Positions 1 to 10,110 of a stretch of 64,000 nucleotides of DNA are shown here, piece after piece. Each line of letters begins with the position of its first letter. Position 1 is the first letter of the stretch. Origin of the DNA: an uncultured Bacilli bacterium (lineage in GTDB: Bacteria > Bacillota_I > Bacilli_A > RF39 > UBA660); contig CALVVF010000002.1 in the NCBI GenBank assembly GCA_944363785.1, forward strand, positions 1,681 through 65,680. Reading direction: 5' to 3'. Position numbers and translations under genes: made by a program. The notes beneath the pieces are model-generated. The model was not told the DNA's origin, did not search any database, and saw nothing but the letters and a program-made list of their open reading frames with translations.

Positions 1-360
1 ATCATTACTTATTTTTCTATATAGATATGTGCTATATTTATCACTCACACTTTGAATAAATCTAACACTATATTTTTTCTTATCAACTTCGTAATCTTTA
101 TAAATGTATTCTTCCATAATATTTATAGCATTTTCTACTTTTTCAAGAAATGATAAGTTGCTATCACTATAAAAACAATTATAAAGTGAAATAAGAGTTT
201 TAAAAGTTTCCAACATAAAATCATATTGACCCTTATATTGAGAATTAGGCTTTTGGCACTCTTTTTTAAAGTCATCACAACCGACTTGTTTATTTACCAC
301 CTCTATATATTTACTATTTCTAAAGATAGTATCATTTAAAGTTCTATGTTTTTTTCCCAT
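1..360 (-). CDS. Hypothetical protein. The N-terminal 120 aa lie in the window and the gene continues beyond the window start. Likely mobile-element cargo.
   Basis: Open frame on the minus strand starting at an ATG (plus 358-360) with an AAGGAGA RBS 8 nt upstream. It runs off the window edge. Hand translation gives MGKKHRTLNDTIFRNSKYIEVVNKQVGCDDFKKECQK... with no recognisable family. Confidence 0.35.
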   Translation of the reverse strand, partial: MGKKHRTLNDTIFRNSKYIEVVNKQVGCDDFKKECQKPNSQYKGQYDFMLETFKTLISLYNCFYSDSNLSFLEKVENAINIMEEYIYKDYEVDKKKYSVRFIQSVSDKYSTYLYRKISND

Positions 361-540
361 AATTTCATCTCCTTGGCTATGTATTATATAGTTTGTTGGA
401 ACCTCTTGTCTGCCCCTAAAACGAAAAAAGTGATATTTTTTATCACTTTTAAGGAAATATAATACAAAGCAATAAGCATTTATCCTAAATGACTTATTTA
501 TAAGTTTAATTAAGTTTATTTGGGTTTGAATAAACTTAAA

Positions 541-768
541 TTAGTTAGCATTGATAATTCTCATATATTTATCGTATTTTATAGTAATAGTTCTACAAAT
601 ACTATTGATACGATTATCAATACTATTTTTAGATGAATTATTTTCATATTCCATAGTTAAATATTTACAAAATTTATTCAATAGTTCTTCGCTGATTTCT
701 CTTCCTGTGTGTTTCATAATAGAAAGTTTTATGATTTCTAACTTAATTTTATAATCATCTACTACCAT
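541..768 (-). CDS. Small hypothetical protein (75 aa), possibly a small regulator of the adjacent mobile element.
   Basis: ORF with a good RBS (AAAGGAGA) upstream of the ATG. No family recognised. Confidence 0.3.
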   Translation of the reverse strand: MVVDDYKIKLEIIKLSIMKHTGREISEELLNKFCKYLTMEYENNSSKNSIDNRINSICRTITIKYDKYMRIINAN

Positions 769-1199
769 CTTTTATTCTCCTTTCATATTTTCAAGAGTTG
801 GTTCCTTGCTCTTGTGATTTCATCTTAACAAAGTTTTTTTAATATTAAAATATGTCTAAAAACTGACTTTCTACTCGAAAAATCGGTTGTAAAAGTACCT
901 TTAGCCCTTATAAAATAAAGGCTTTAATTTTGTAAAAATATAACACTTTATTTTGCTTTTTGTAAAAGAAAGATTTTTTGATTATTGGTATTCTAAAGTT
1001 GCTTAAGCAAAGAAAGGATTTAATAAAACAATTTATGTCGGCATAAGTTTAAATAGGTGAATTTATGAAAATAACAAGTACTTTTAATAAAGATGGTAAA
1101 GATTTACAAGAAATAATAGAAAAATTTTTACTCGAATATTACTACGAATTTTATGAGTTAGAAATATCACAAAGCCTTTAAAAATAAGGCTAAAAATGG

Positions 1200-1205
1200 T
1201 ATAAT
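1200..1205 (+). promoter_or_regulatory. Extended -10 element (TGgTATAAT) upstream of the recombinase gene. An imperfect inverted repeat (1206-1235) follows it.
   Basis: TGGTATAAT lies 45 nt upstream of the recombinase ATG. The weak -35 is TTTAAA with a 17-nt spacer. AATATATGTG..AACATATATATT forms an imperfect inverted repeat between the -10 and the RBS (operator-like). Confidence 0.35.
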
Positions 1206-1251
1206 ATATGTGTTAATAAACATATATATTTTACTTTGGATTGGAGGTAAA

Positions 1252-2844
1252 ATGGAACAAGATAAAATATATAATGTTGGTTCTTATATTCGTTTATCAA
1301 GAGAAGATGAAGATAAAAATAAAATAGAGAGTGAAAGTATCTCGAATCAAAGAAATATAATACTAGATTACATTAACAAGCAAAAAGAAAACTTTAAAAT
1401 ATATGATGAATATGTAGATGATGGTGTAAGTGGAACTACATTCGATAGACCTTCTTTTAATAGAATGATAAGAGATATAGAAAGTGGAAAAATAAATTGT
1501 GTTATCACAAAAGACTATTCTAGACTTGGTAGAGATTACATCAAAGCTGGGGAATATATGGAAAAATACTTTCCACAACATAATGTAAGATATATTGCCA
1601 TATTAGATGATATAGATACATACCTAGATAGTGTCAGTAATGATATAGCACCATTTAAAGCAGTTTTTAATGACCAATATGCAAAAGACACTTCAAAAAA
1701 AGTACGAAGAAGTTTAAGAAGTAAAAAAGAAGAAGGCAAGTTTCTTGGTTGGAAAGCAGTATATGGTTATAAACTAGATGAAAATGATAGATATAAATTA
1801 GTTATAGATGAAGAAGTAGCGCCAATAGTTAGAAGAATATTTAAAATGGCTTATGATGGTATGAGTTGTAAAGTGATAGCAGATACTTTATCTAAAGAGG
1901 GTATTCCAATACCTAGTGTATATGCTAATTTAAATCGTGGTGTTAAATCTTCTTCTTATGGTTTGTGGTGTTCAAGAACAATAGATGAAATGTTATGTAA
2001 TCCTACATATATAGGAAATCTATGTCAAGGAAGAAGAAAAACTATTAATTATAAGATAAAAAAAGAAATAAGAACTCCTAAATCTAGTTGGATTGTTATA
2101 GAAAATACACATGAGCCTATAATAGATAAAGAAATGTTTGATATAGTACAACAAGTCTATAAAAAGAACAAACATCAGCAAAATAACTCAGCAAATTATT
2201 TGTTAAGAGGCTTTTTATATTGTAGTGAATGCGGACACTCTATTTCAATATCAAAAAGAACAGAAGATAGAGCATATACAGGGTGTACATATTATCAAAA
2301 GCATAGTAAGTTTAAGGTATGTACTCCTCATACCATGAATTATCAAAAATTGGAAAAAGAAGTATTAAGGGAAATAAGAGAAATGTGTAAGAAGTATGTG
2401 GATAGTACTAACTTTGAAAATCTACTAAAAAACGCTTCTAAAAGAAACAAAGTTAAAGAAAAAATAAAAGGAGAAATTAATTCTTGTAATCTAGAAATAG
2501 AAAAACTTAATAAAAGAAAAAATAAAATCTACTTTGATAAAATAGATGAGGTAATTACACTTGAAGAATACAAAGACTTTAATAATCAAATAATAAACGA
2601 TATATTAAGTAATCAATTAAAATTAAAAGAATTAGAAACACAACTTGAGATAATAGAAAACAAAATGAAGCCTAATAATGATTATACAAGTATAGTTAAA
2701 GAATTTTTAAGATTAAGAAAACCAAGTAAAAACTTAATTGCTTGTATTATAGATAGTATAATGATTACACAAAATAAAGAAATAACAATAAATTATAAAA
2801 TTAAAGACCCTAATTTATTAATAAATGAGCTAAGCACCGATTAA
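1252..2844 (+). mobile_element. Large serine recombinase (resolvase/invertase-type catalytic domain + recombinase domain + zinc ribbon + coiled coil). This is the integrase of a prophage/ICE-like element.
   Basis: The N-terminus YIRLSREDE carries the catalytic Ser motif of serine recombinases. A resolvase-like core includes DRPSFNRM. The Cys cluster CSECGHS...CTYYQKHSKFKVC is a zinc ribbon. The C-terminus is K/E-rich coiled coil. The probable true start is ATG 1252 (GGAGG RBS); the ORF track begins at 1210. Confidence 0.85.
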
Positions 2845-2860
2845 GTGCTTAAAAAAATTA

Positions 2861-3379
2861 TCATATAAAAACCGAAGGGCTTTTCTCATCAAAAGTGATA
2901 ACTAAAAAAATGTTACTACCGATACACCGACCCCCCTTTCTTCCACCAATAACATTTTTTCCTCGTAAATCATCAAGAGTAAAGTTCTCATATTTTTCTC
3001 TTGAAACTAAGAAAGAACCATCTTTTTGGGTTAACTGAGCAAATGTTTTCAAGTAATCTTTTTCGCCGGCATTATAAACATAAATACATGCTTCACTACC
3101 AGAAAAACCAATTTGAACATCCCCTGATAATACTGCCGCTGTTACTTTATCAGCCCCAGGTGTCAACAATAGTTCAACTTCTAAACCTTCTTCTTCGAAA
3201 AATCCCTGACTGATTGCTGCATATTGTGGGGCATAGAAAATTGTATGCGCAACTTCAGCTACGGTTATCTTCTCTAAAGAAGAGTCTTTTTTGTTACCCT
3301 TATTTAAGTCTAAAAAGAATAAACTAGCTATCGCTAAGACAATAATAAAGACCAACAAAACATATAAAAATTTTCTCAT
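2861..3379 (-). pseudogene. Truncated NMT1/SsuA/ThiY-like ABC substrate-binding lipoprotein gene (172 aa, versus about 320-340 aa expected). It ends exactly at the recombinase gene boundary.
   Basis: Signal peptide/TM is followed by an NMT1-like core (YAPQYAAISQGFFEEEGLEVEL..., DLRGKNVIGG). The ORF stops at about half the usual length, right after a C6/G6 homopolymer. The tail after GGRKGG looks like out-of-family sequence. It abuts the 3' end of the serine recombinase gene. Confidence 0.5.
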
Positions 3380-3633
3380 ATATCCTCCTTCACTAGTGTA
3401 TTATATGAAAACAGTAGCTAAATGCTATCGAAACTACCCACAAAATAATGAAAATCATGCGTAAAAAACGAACTCAAGCAAATATAATCCTTACCTATAA
3501 CTCACCAAAATAGTAGAAGTAAAAAGTAAAAAATAAAAATAATATGTTATACTAATATAGTAAATAAGGATAGATAGGGTCAGAACACAAAAAAATATGA
3601 AACATATGAATATAATAGAGGAGAAGTTAGAAA

Positions 3634-4425
3634 ATGGGAAAAGTTTTAAATGTATGCACTTTTAATGTGAGAAATGATAATTTAATACCTGATTTAACTA
3701 AAGAAGATATCGAAAATAACTATCACCAACTATTAATAGACTATGACTTAGATATACTATGTACCCAAGAGATGATCGAAAATACGATGAAAATTATCCG
3801 TGAAAAATTTCCTAACTACCATATTATAGGAGATTATCGGTATGGTACTGGAAAATTAGCACAAAAAATTAAAGTATTAAAAAAATATAATGAATCAACT
3901 GCGATTATTACCCGTTTTCCTATTTTAAAAACCAAAACAATCAAACTCCCTTGGTTACCCCATAGTCTAAAAGAATTATATAAAGGAATATTTAAATATC
4001 GTTCATTAACTCCAAGAATTATTACAGCATCCAAAATAAAAATAGATCAACTTGAAGTCTACACCATCAATACCCATCTAGATTGTCATATAGAAAGTAT
4101 TAAAATCACGCAATTAAAAAAAATAGAAAATTTACTAAAAAAGAATAAAGGATTAATTATTTTAACTGGAGACTTTAATACCGATAAAGAAGATCCTGAG
4201 TTTTTAAAATTTGTTACTACTTTGAAACAACTAGGTCTAAAGAGAGTAGAATATGACCATAAAACCTTTAGTAAATCGAAGAAAGATTTGGCAATTGATC
4301 ATATCTTTATTCCTGTTTCTTGGCAAGTAAAGGAAATTATGGCTATTAAAAATCAATCTTTAGCTCACTATAGTGATCATTATCCGATCTATGTAAAAGT
4401 AGAAATACCAGATAATAATGGATAA
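3634..4425 (+). CDS. Endonuclease/exonuclease/phosphatase (EEP) family hydrolase.
   Basis: The N-terminus LNVCTFNVRNDN...LCTQE and the C-terminal GDFNT..SDHYPI resemble the EEP metal-dependent phosphodiesterase fold motifs. Confidence 0.55.
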   Translation: MGKVLNVCTFNVRNDNLIPDLTKEDIENNYHQLLIDYDLDILCTQEMIENTMKIIREKFPNYHIIGDYRYGTGKLAQKIKVLKKYNESTAIITRFPILKTKTIKLPWLPHSLKELYKGIFKYRSLTPRIITASKIKIDQLEVYTINTHLDCHIESIKITQLKKIENLLKKNKGLIILTGDFNTDKEDPEFLKFVTTLKQLGLKRVEYDHKTFSKSKKDLAIDHIFIPVSWQVKEIMAIKNQSLAHYSDHYPIYVKVEIPDNNG

Positions 4426-4564
4426 GTAGGATAAGTAGAAGTAAAATGTATTAGTTGGAAATTAACAATATTTTTACTTCCAAAAAGAATTTTTTCCTTC
4501 TATTATATAGTAAAATAAAATAAAGTTTGTTATAATGAAATCAGCAAGATAGACAGGAGGATAT

Positions 4565-5737
4565 ATGGGACTATTTAGTAAAATCAAAAGCATGTTTAAG
4601 GGAGAAAGTAAAACCCAAGAACAAGAACAAGTAAAAAAGAATAATGAAATAGAAAATGAAAATATAGAGGAACAAAGTGATGAAATAGAAGAACAGGTTC
4701 ATCAAGAAACAATCAGTAAAGAGGAATATACAAAAAGTGAGCCATCTTCTTCCACTGAGAAAAAAGAAGAACAAGCAGAAGAAAGCACAACTGATGAAAT
4801 TCCAACTAAAACAGCGAATAAAGTCTATGAAAAAGGTTTAACCAAAAGTAGAAAAGGTTTTGTTTCCAATCTGATTAATTTAACTTCTAAGTATCGTAGA
4901 ATAAATGAAGAGTATTTCGAAGAATTAGAGGAAATTCTAATCATGGCTGATATTGGTGTAAATACTGTCATGGAATTTATGGATCGATTAAGAAGTAGAG
5001 TACAAAAAGAAAAGATTGAAGATCCAGAAGAATTAAAAGAAGTAATTGTCGATGAATTATTTATTATCTATGTAGATGATAATATCTTAACCAATAAAAT
5101 TAATTATAATGAGGATGGACCTACCGTTTTATTATTTGTTGGAGTAAACGGTGTTGGTAAGACGACAACGATTGGGAAACTTGCTTGGAAATTAAAAGAA
5201 GAAGGCAAAAAGATATTACTAGTCGCCGGAGATACTTTCCGTGCTGGTGCGACAAAACAACTAGAAGAGTGGAGCGAAAAAGTAGGAGTATCTTTTATTG
5301 GAAAAGAAGAGGGTGCTGATCCTGCTTCAGTTGTGTTTGACGGTTTGGAAAAAGCTAAACAGGAAAATTATGATGTAGTTTTAATTGATACCGCAGGACG
5401 TCTTCAAAATAAAACCAATTTGATGAAAGAATTAGAAAAAATCAATCGAGTAATTCAAAATGCGATACCAAATGCTCCTCATGAGACTTTACTAGTGATC
5501 GATGCAACGACAGGTCAAAACGGAATTAGCCAAGCCAAGAGTTTTCAAGAAATTACCAATATTACCGGTATCGTATTAACAAAATTAGATGGTACGGCTA
5601 AAGGTGGTATTGTCTTAGCCATCAAAGAAGAAGTAAATATTCCAGTAAAATATATTGGCTTAGGAGAGACCAAAGAAGATCTCCAACCGTTTGACATCGA
5701 GCAATACATTTATGGACTATTTAAAGATATGATGTAG
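4565..5737 (+). CDS. ftsY: Signal recognition particle receptor FtsY.
   Basis: Acidic low-complexity N-terminus, then the NG domain with GVNGVGKTTTIGKLA (G1), DTAGR (G3) and TKLDGTAKGG (G4). Confidence 0.9.
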   Translation: MGLFSKIKSMFKGESKTQEQEQVKKNNEIENENIEEQSDEIEEQVHQETISKEEYTKSEPSSSTEKKEEQAEESTTDEIPTKTANKVYEKGLTKSRKGFVSNLINLTSKYRRINEEYFEELEEILIMADIGVNTVMEFMDRLRSRVQKEKIEDPEELKEVIVDELFIIYVDDNILTNKINYNEDGPTVLLFVGVNGVGKTTTIGKLAWKLKEEGKKILLVAGDTFRAGATKQLEEWSEKVGVSFIGKEEGADPASVVFDGLEKAKQENYDVVLIDTAGRLQNKTNLMKELEKINRVIQNAIPNAPHETLLVIDATTGQNGISQAKSFQEITNITGIVLTKLDGTAKGGIVLAIKEEVNIPVKYIGLGETKEDLQPFDIEQYIYGLFKDMM

Positions 5738-5745
5738 GAGTACTT

Positions 5746-6036
5746 ATGGATAAGAAAATTTATTTAAACAATCTATATGATTATTATGGATGTTTATTTA
5801 CTGAGAAACAACAAGAGTATTTTGAAAATTATTATTTTGAGGATTTATCACTGAGTGAGATTGCTGAAAACAATGGAGTAAGTAGAAATGCTGTACATGG
5901 ACAGATCAAAATCGTCGAAGAAAAATTACTGTTCTATGAGGAAAAATTGAAACTATATGAAAAAGCACAAAAAATAAGGACACTGATTCAAGATTTAGAG
6001 AACGAAACGAAAAATAAAATAGAAGAATTAATATAG
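5746..6036 (+). CDS. ylxM: YlxM/UPF0122 family small helix-turn-helix protein (SRP operon-associated).
   Basis: 96 aa, LSLSEIAENNGVSRNAVHGQI HTH. It sits immediately downstream of ftsY, as is conserved in Firmicutes. Confidence 0.7.
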   Translation: MDKKIYLNNLYDYYGCLFTEKQQEYFENYYFEDLSLSEIAENNGVSRNAVHGQIKIVEEKLLFYEEKLKLYEKAQKIRTLIQDLENETKNKIEELI

Positions 6037-6054
6037 AAAGAAAAGGGGTACGTT

Positions 6055-7809
6055 ATGTTTGATAAGATTATCTTTATTGGAGAACAAGATGCACACATTA
6101 AATTATTAGATCATGTAAAAGTAGAAACAGATATTATGAATATGCCATTAGTATTAGAAGATCCAGAAAAGTCGATTTTAGCAGAGGTAAAAGATTTACA
6201 AGATGGAGCTGTTAAAGTAAGGTTGTTAGGTGAAATAAAAAATGGTAAATTCATCGGAGGTGTTCTTAGAAAACCTAGTTTAAATGCCAATATTCGAGCT
6301 TTGGATGTTAATGAATTTACTTTGATTGTAGGAGAAGAGAAACTTGGTGCGTTAGAACTAGGCATCAGTCCTTTCTATGCAGGTAAGAAGATATATGCGG
6401 ATATGAATGAATTATTCAGTAATCACATGTGTATTTTCGGTAATACTGGTAGTGGTAAAAGTTGTGGAGTGGCTCGTGTCATTCAAAATATTTTTGCTAA
6501 TCCAAGCTTTGTTCCTTATCGTTCTAACTTTTTAGTTTTCGACTCATCAGGCGAATATTATACAGCTTTTTCTAATTTAACCGAGATTAATCCAAATTAT
6601 CATTATCGCTTCTTAACTACAAATAGTAATAGTGTTCATCATGGAGAGATCCTTCGTATTCCTTTATGGTTATTGAATGTAGAGGATATGGCACTCCTAT
6701 TATCCGCAACGACACATACCCAAATTTCCATTATTGAGAAAATGATGAAATTAGTACGTATTTTTTCTCAATCAGATGCCTTAGCCATTCGTTATAAAAA
6801 TCACCTAATTGCGAATGCGATTATGACTATTATGTATTCTAATCAAGGTTCAGCAAGTAAAAGAGATGAAATTTTCTCAATTTTCAATACTTGTCCAACT
6901 AACGAATTCAATTTAAATGCCATCGTACAAGGAATAGGGTATACCAGAAAATTACATGAATGTTTCTTAATTGATTCTACTGACCAATTTTCTGAACGTG
7001 TCCTATTAACAGAATATGTAAATAAATTCATTGATCCAGAATTAAATCAAATTGAACCAGATAAACTACATTATTTTACTTTAACGGATCTAGAGAAAGC
7101 CTTAAACTTTACCTTGATTAGTGAAGGTTGGCTTAGAAATGAAAACGTCTATGCGGATGCGATTACATTAAAAGTAAAATTACATGATTTAGTCATTGGA
7201 AGTAATGCTAAGTTTTTCGATTATAAAGAATTTGTTAGACTTGATCAATATTTAAGTAGCTTAATTATTAACGGTAATCAAAAATATCAGATTATTAATA
7301 TTAACTTAGAAGATGTTGATGATGCATTTGCCAAATCAATTGTAAAAATTTTCTCTCGTTTATTAATGGATTTTGCCAAAAAAATTGAAAGAGGAAGTAT
7401 ACCGTTTAATATTCTATTAGAAGAAGCTCACCGCTATGTAAAGAAAGATGAAGATGAATTCTTATTCGGATACAATATCTTCGATCGAATTGCTAAAGAA
7501 GGAAGAAAATATGGAATTATTCTCTCTTTGATTTCACAAAGACCAGTTGATATCAGTGAAACCGTAATTTCACAATGTTCTAATTTCTTAATCTTTAAAA
7601 TGAGTCACCCTAGGGATATTGAATATATTACGAAGATGATTCCAAATATTACGGAAGATACGATTGAAAAACAAAAGTCACTCCAAGTAGGAAATTGTCT
7701 AGGCTTTGGTTCTGCTTTTAAAATTCCATTGATTGTTCAACTAGATATGCCAAATCCAATGCCACAAAGTAGTAGTTGTGATGTTGTCATGAAATGGACA
7801 AGTAGATAA
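6055..7809 (+). CDS. HerA/FtsK-superfamily (DUF87-like) P-loop ATPase, 584 aa.
   Basis: Walker A is GNTGSGKS at about residue 128. An N-terminal beta-rich domain precedes it. ILLEEAHRY is a Walker B/DEAH-like motif. The C-terminus LISQRP..ISETVISQCSNFLIFKM is typical of the HerA/DUF87 family. Confidence 0.6.
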   Translation: MFDKIIFIGEQDAHIKLLDHVKVETDIMNMPLVLEDPEKSILAEVKDLQDGAVKVRLLGEIKNGKFIGGVLRKPSLNANIRALDVNEFTLIVGEEKLGALELGISPFYAGKKIYADMNELFSNHMCIFGNTGSGKSCGVARVIQNIFANPSFVPYRSNFLVFDSSGEYYTAFSNLTEINPNYHYRFLTTNSNSVHHGEILRIPLWLLNVEDMALLLSATTHTQISIIEKMMKLVRIFSQSDALAIRYKNHLIANAIMTIMYSNQGSASKRDEIFSIFNTCPTNEFNLNAIVQGIGYTRKLHECFLIDSTDQFSERVLLTEYVNKFIDPELNQIEPDKLHYFTLTDLEKALNFTLISEGWLRNENVYADAITLKVKLHDLVIGSNAKFFDYKEFVRLDQYLSSLIINGNQKYQIININLEDVDDAFAKSIVKIFSRLLMDFAKKIERGSIPFNILLEEAHRYVKKDEDEFLFGYNIFDRIAKEGRKYGIILSLISQRPVDISETVISQCSNFLIFKMSHPRDIEYITKMIPNITEDTIEKQKSLQVGNCLGFGSAFKIPLIVQLDMPNPMPQSSSCDVVMKWTSR

Positions 7810-7813
7810 AAAA

Positions 7814-7846
7814 GGTGCTATACCACACGTTGGGTAGCACTTTTCT
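7814..7846 (+). terminator. Rho-independent terminator after the HerA-like ATPase gene.
   Basis: GC-containing hairpin GTGCTATACC / GGTAGCAC followed by TTTTCTATT. Confidence 0.55.
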
Positions 7847-7925
7847 ATTGGATAATGACTGATTTACTAGTCTTTTTCTTGAATTTACGTTATAATATAA
7901 ATGCAAAAACAAGGAGGATGAAAAA

Positions 7926-9233
7926 ATGTTTGAAACATTAGGAGATAGACTACAAAATGCCCTTCACAAAATAAAGGGTTACGGAAAGATTACCGAAGAA
8001 AATATCAGCGAAATGATGCGAGAAATTCGTCTTGCCTTATTAGAAGCCGATGTTAACTATAAAGTAGTAAAAGAATTTACTAATCATGTTAAAGAAAAAG
8101 CATTAGGAGAAGAAGTAAAAAAGAGTATAAAGCCAGGCGATCTATTTGTTAAAATTGTAAAAGATGAGTTAACGGAACTATTAGGTGGCGACGTTGAAGA
8201 ATTAAATGTAAAGGGAGATCCAGCTATTTTAATGTTAGTTGGTTTACAAGGAAGCGGTAAAACAACGACGATTGGAAAACTAGCTAGTTTTTTACGTAAA
8301 AAGCATGCTAAAAAACCATTATTAGTAGCGGGTGATGTCTATCGTCCAGCTGCCATTGATCAATTGAAACAAATTGGTAAACAATTAAATATTGAAGTAT
8401 ACGAAGAAGGAAAAAAAGATCCTGTTGAGATAGCTGAACATGCGCTTAATTATGCCAAAGAAAATCACTATGATTATGTGTTAATCGATACAGCCGGACG
8501 TCTTCATATTGATGAAGAGTTAATGGACGAGTTAAAAGAGATCAATCAACACATTCACCCTCAAGAAATTTTATTGGTAATTGATTCTATGATGGGGCAA
8601 GATGCCATCAATGTCATCGAAGGCTTTAACGAGAATTTACCATTAACCGGAGTAGTATTAACCAAATTAGATGGTGATACACGTGGTGGTGTCGCTTTAT
8701 CTGTTCGTCATCTAACGAATGTTCCAATCAAGTTTATTGGTGTTAGCGAAAAAATGGACGGTTTAGATAAATTTGATCCTGAACGTATGGCCGGACGTAT
8801 CCTAGGGATGGGAGATATTATCTCTCTTGTCGAAAAGGCAACAGAAGAAATCGACGAAGAAGAAGCCCTATCTGCTGCTAAAAAGATGCAATCAGGAAAA
8901 TTTGATCTAGAAGACTTTTTAAAACAGATGAAACAAATAAAGAAATTAGGTCCATTAGAAAACTTAATCAAATTATTACCAGGTGCTAAAAAAATGGGAT
9001 TAAATAACGTCAATATTGATCCTAAACAAATGGCCCATGTTGAAGCAATCATCTTATCGATGACTCCTATGGAAAGAAAAAAACCTGAAATCATCAAAGC
9101 GAGTCGTAAAACAAGAATCGCCAAAGGCTGTGGTTTATCTGTCCAAGAAGTCAATAAATTATTAAATCAATTTGAACAGATGAAAAAAATGATGAAACAA
9201 CTTACGAATGGCAATATGAAATTACCTTTTTAA
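7926..9233 (+). CDS. ffh: Signal recognition particle protein Ffh.
   Basis: GLQGSGKTTTIGKLA, DTAGRL and TKLDGDTRGG form the NG domain. The Met-rich M domain is at the C-terminus. Confidence 0.92.
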   Translation: MFETLGDRLQNALHKIKGYGKITEENISEMMREIRLALLEADVNYKVVKEFTNHVKEKALGEEVKKSIKPGDLFVKIVKDELTELLGGDVEELNVKGDPAILMLVGLQGSGKTTTIGKLASFLRKKHAKKPLLVAGDVYRPAAIDQLKQIGKQLNIEVYEEGKKDPVEIAEHALNYAKENHYDYVLIDTAGRLHIDEELMDELKEINQHIHPQEILLVIDSMMGQDAINVIEGFNENLPLTGVVLTKLDGDTRGGVALSVRHLTNVPIKFIGVSEKMDGLDKFDPERMAGRILGMGDIISLVEKATEEIDEEEALSAAKKMQSGKFDLEDFLKQMKQIKKLGPLENLIKLLPGAKKMGLNNVNIDPKQMAHVEAIILSMTPMERKKPEIIKASRKTRIAKGCGLSVQEVNKLLNQFEQMKKMMKQLTNGNMKLPF

Positions 9234-9316
9234 TACAAAATAACAATTATATAGGCAAAGAAATTAGTAACGTTTTTCCTATCCGAATATGATAAACTAG
9301 ATAGGAGGAAAGAATA

Positions 9317-9658
9317 ATGTTTAGAAATTGTTGCTATGATAGACAAAATACAATCAACAATGAGTTTAATGCAGAAAATATGGCTGTAGACTTAGATATC
9401 GATATCAATAATAATCAAGCAGGATTCATGCCAGCAGCCAATAATATGATGGGTGGCGTACAAAGACCAATTATCGAACCAATGCAAGAAAGAGTAGTCA
9501 ATCGTACGATCGTTCATCAAGTTCCACACGTTTGTCCAATGCGTACTAGGGTAGTAAATCATCATATTTTCAAACATACTTACCAGCCATCTTATTCTTG
9601 TTGTGAAGAAAATGTATGTAGCGAAGTACAATGTGGCTCTTGTTGTAATTTCAGATAA
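9317..9658 (+). CDS. Cys/His-rich protein resembling spore coat protein CotD family.
   Basis: IVHQVPHVCPMRTRVVNHHIFKHTYQPSY matches the H/P/V-rich CotD-type repeats (HP..T.VVNHH...H). Multiple CC/CxxC clusters are present. Confidence 0.4.
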   Translation: MFRNCCYDRQNTINNEFNAENMAVDLDIDINNNQAGFMPAANNMMGGVQRPIIEPMQERVVNRTIVHQVPHVCPMRTRVVNHHIFKHTYQPSYSCCEENVCSEVQCGSCCNFR

Positions 9659-9860
9659 AAGTCGAAAGACTTTTTTCTTTTACCGGTAAAACTTATCCAA
9701 GATAAAAAAATCAATCATTCAAAGTAATATAAGATTTTCTATCATGAATTCAGATATTCCTAATCCTCTTTTCTTAGTGTCAACTTTTGTATAATTTGTG
9801 TAAATTACTTGTATTATGGGCAGAATAATTCTATGATAAACATATAGGGAAGGTGATATA

Positions 9861-10061
9861 GTGATCTATCCATCGATTGACAAAATACTAAATACAGTTG
9901 GTTCGAAGTACAAGTTAGTCCACATTATTAGTAAAAGGAGTAAACAGATGGCAGCAACTGGTCATTATCAGATGCCAGAATATAAATACAAGTCAAAAAA
10001 GAATTTGGGAAGAGCATTAGAAGAAATTGTTGAAAATTTAATTATTATCAAGAAAGGTTAA
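9861..10061 (+). CDS. rpoZ: DNA-directed RNA polymerase omega subunit.
   Basis: 66 aa. YPSIDKILNTVGSKYKLVHIISKRSKQM matches the RpoZ consensus (PSID.LL..v.sKY.Lv..aakRArql). GTG start with an AAGGTGA RBS. Confidence 0.6.
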   Translation: MIYPSIDKILNTVGSKYKLVHIISKRSKQMAATGHYQMPEYKYKSKKNLGRALEEIVENLIIIKKG

Positions 10062-10110
10062 GAAATTAACCTTTTTGCATGGTATAATATCGATAAAAGG
10101 TGATAACATG

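Noticed and set aside
1363-1739. Minus-strand ORFs in the track overlapping the recombinase gene (and similar antisense ORFs such as 6111-6365, 8708-9154, 15810-16046, 23193-23678, 36131-36758).
   Set aside because: These are shadow ORFs inside well-supported genes on the opposite strand. In AT-rich DNA long antisense frames arise by chance. None has an RBS or family signal.
4565-4800. Repetitive GAA/AAA-rich stretch at the start of ftsY that looks like a simple repeat.
   Set aside because: It is the normal acidic, low-complexity N-terminal A-domain of FtsY. It is in frame with the NG domain and not a repeat element.
9317-9658. Cys-rich protein as a metallothionein or bacteriocin precursor.
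   Set aside because: It has no leader peptide or processing motif. The His/Pro/Val repeat pattern fits CotD-type coat proteins better. Kept at low confidence.
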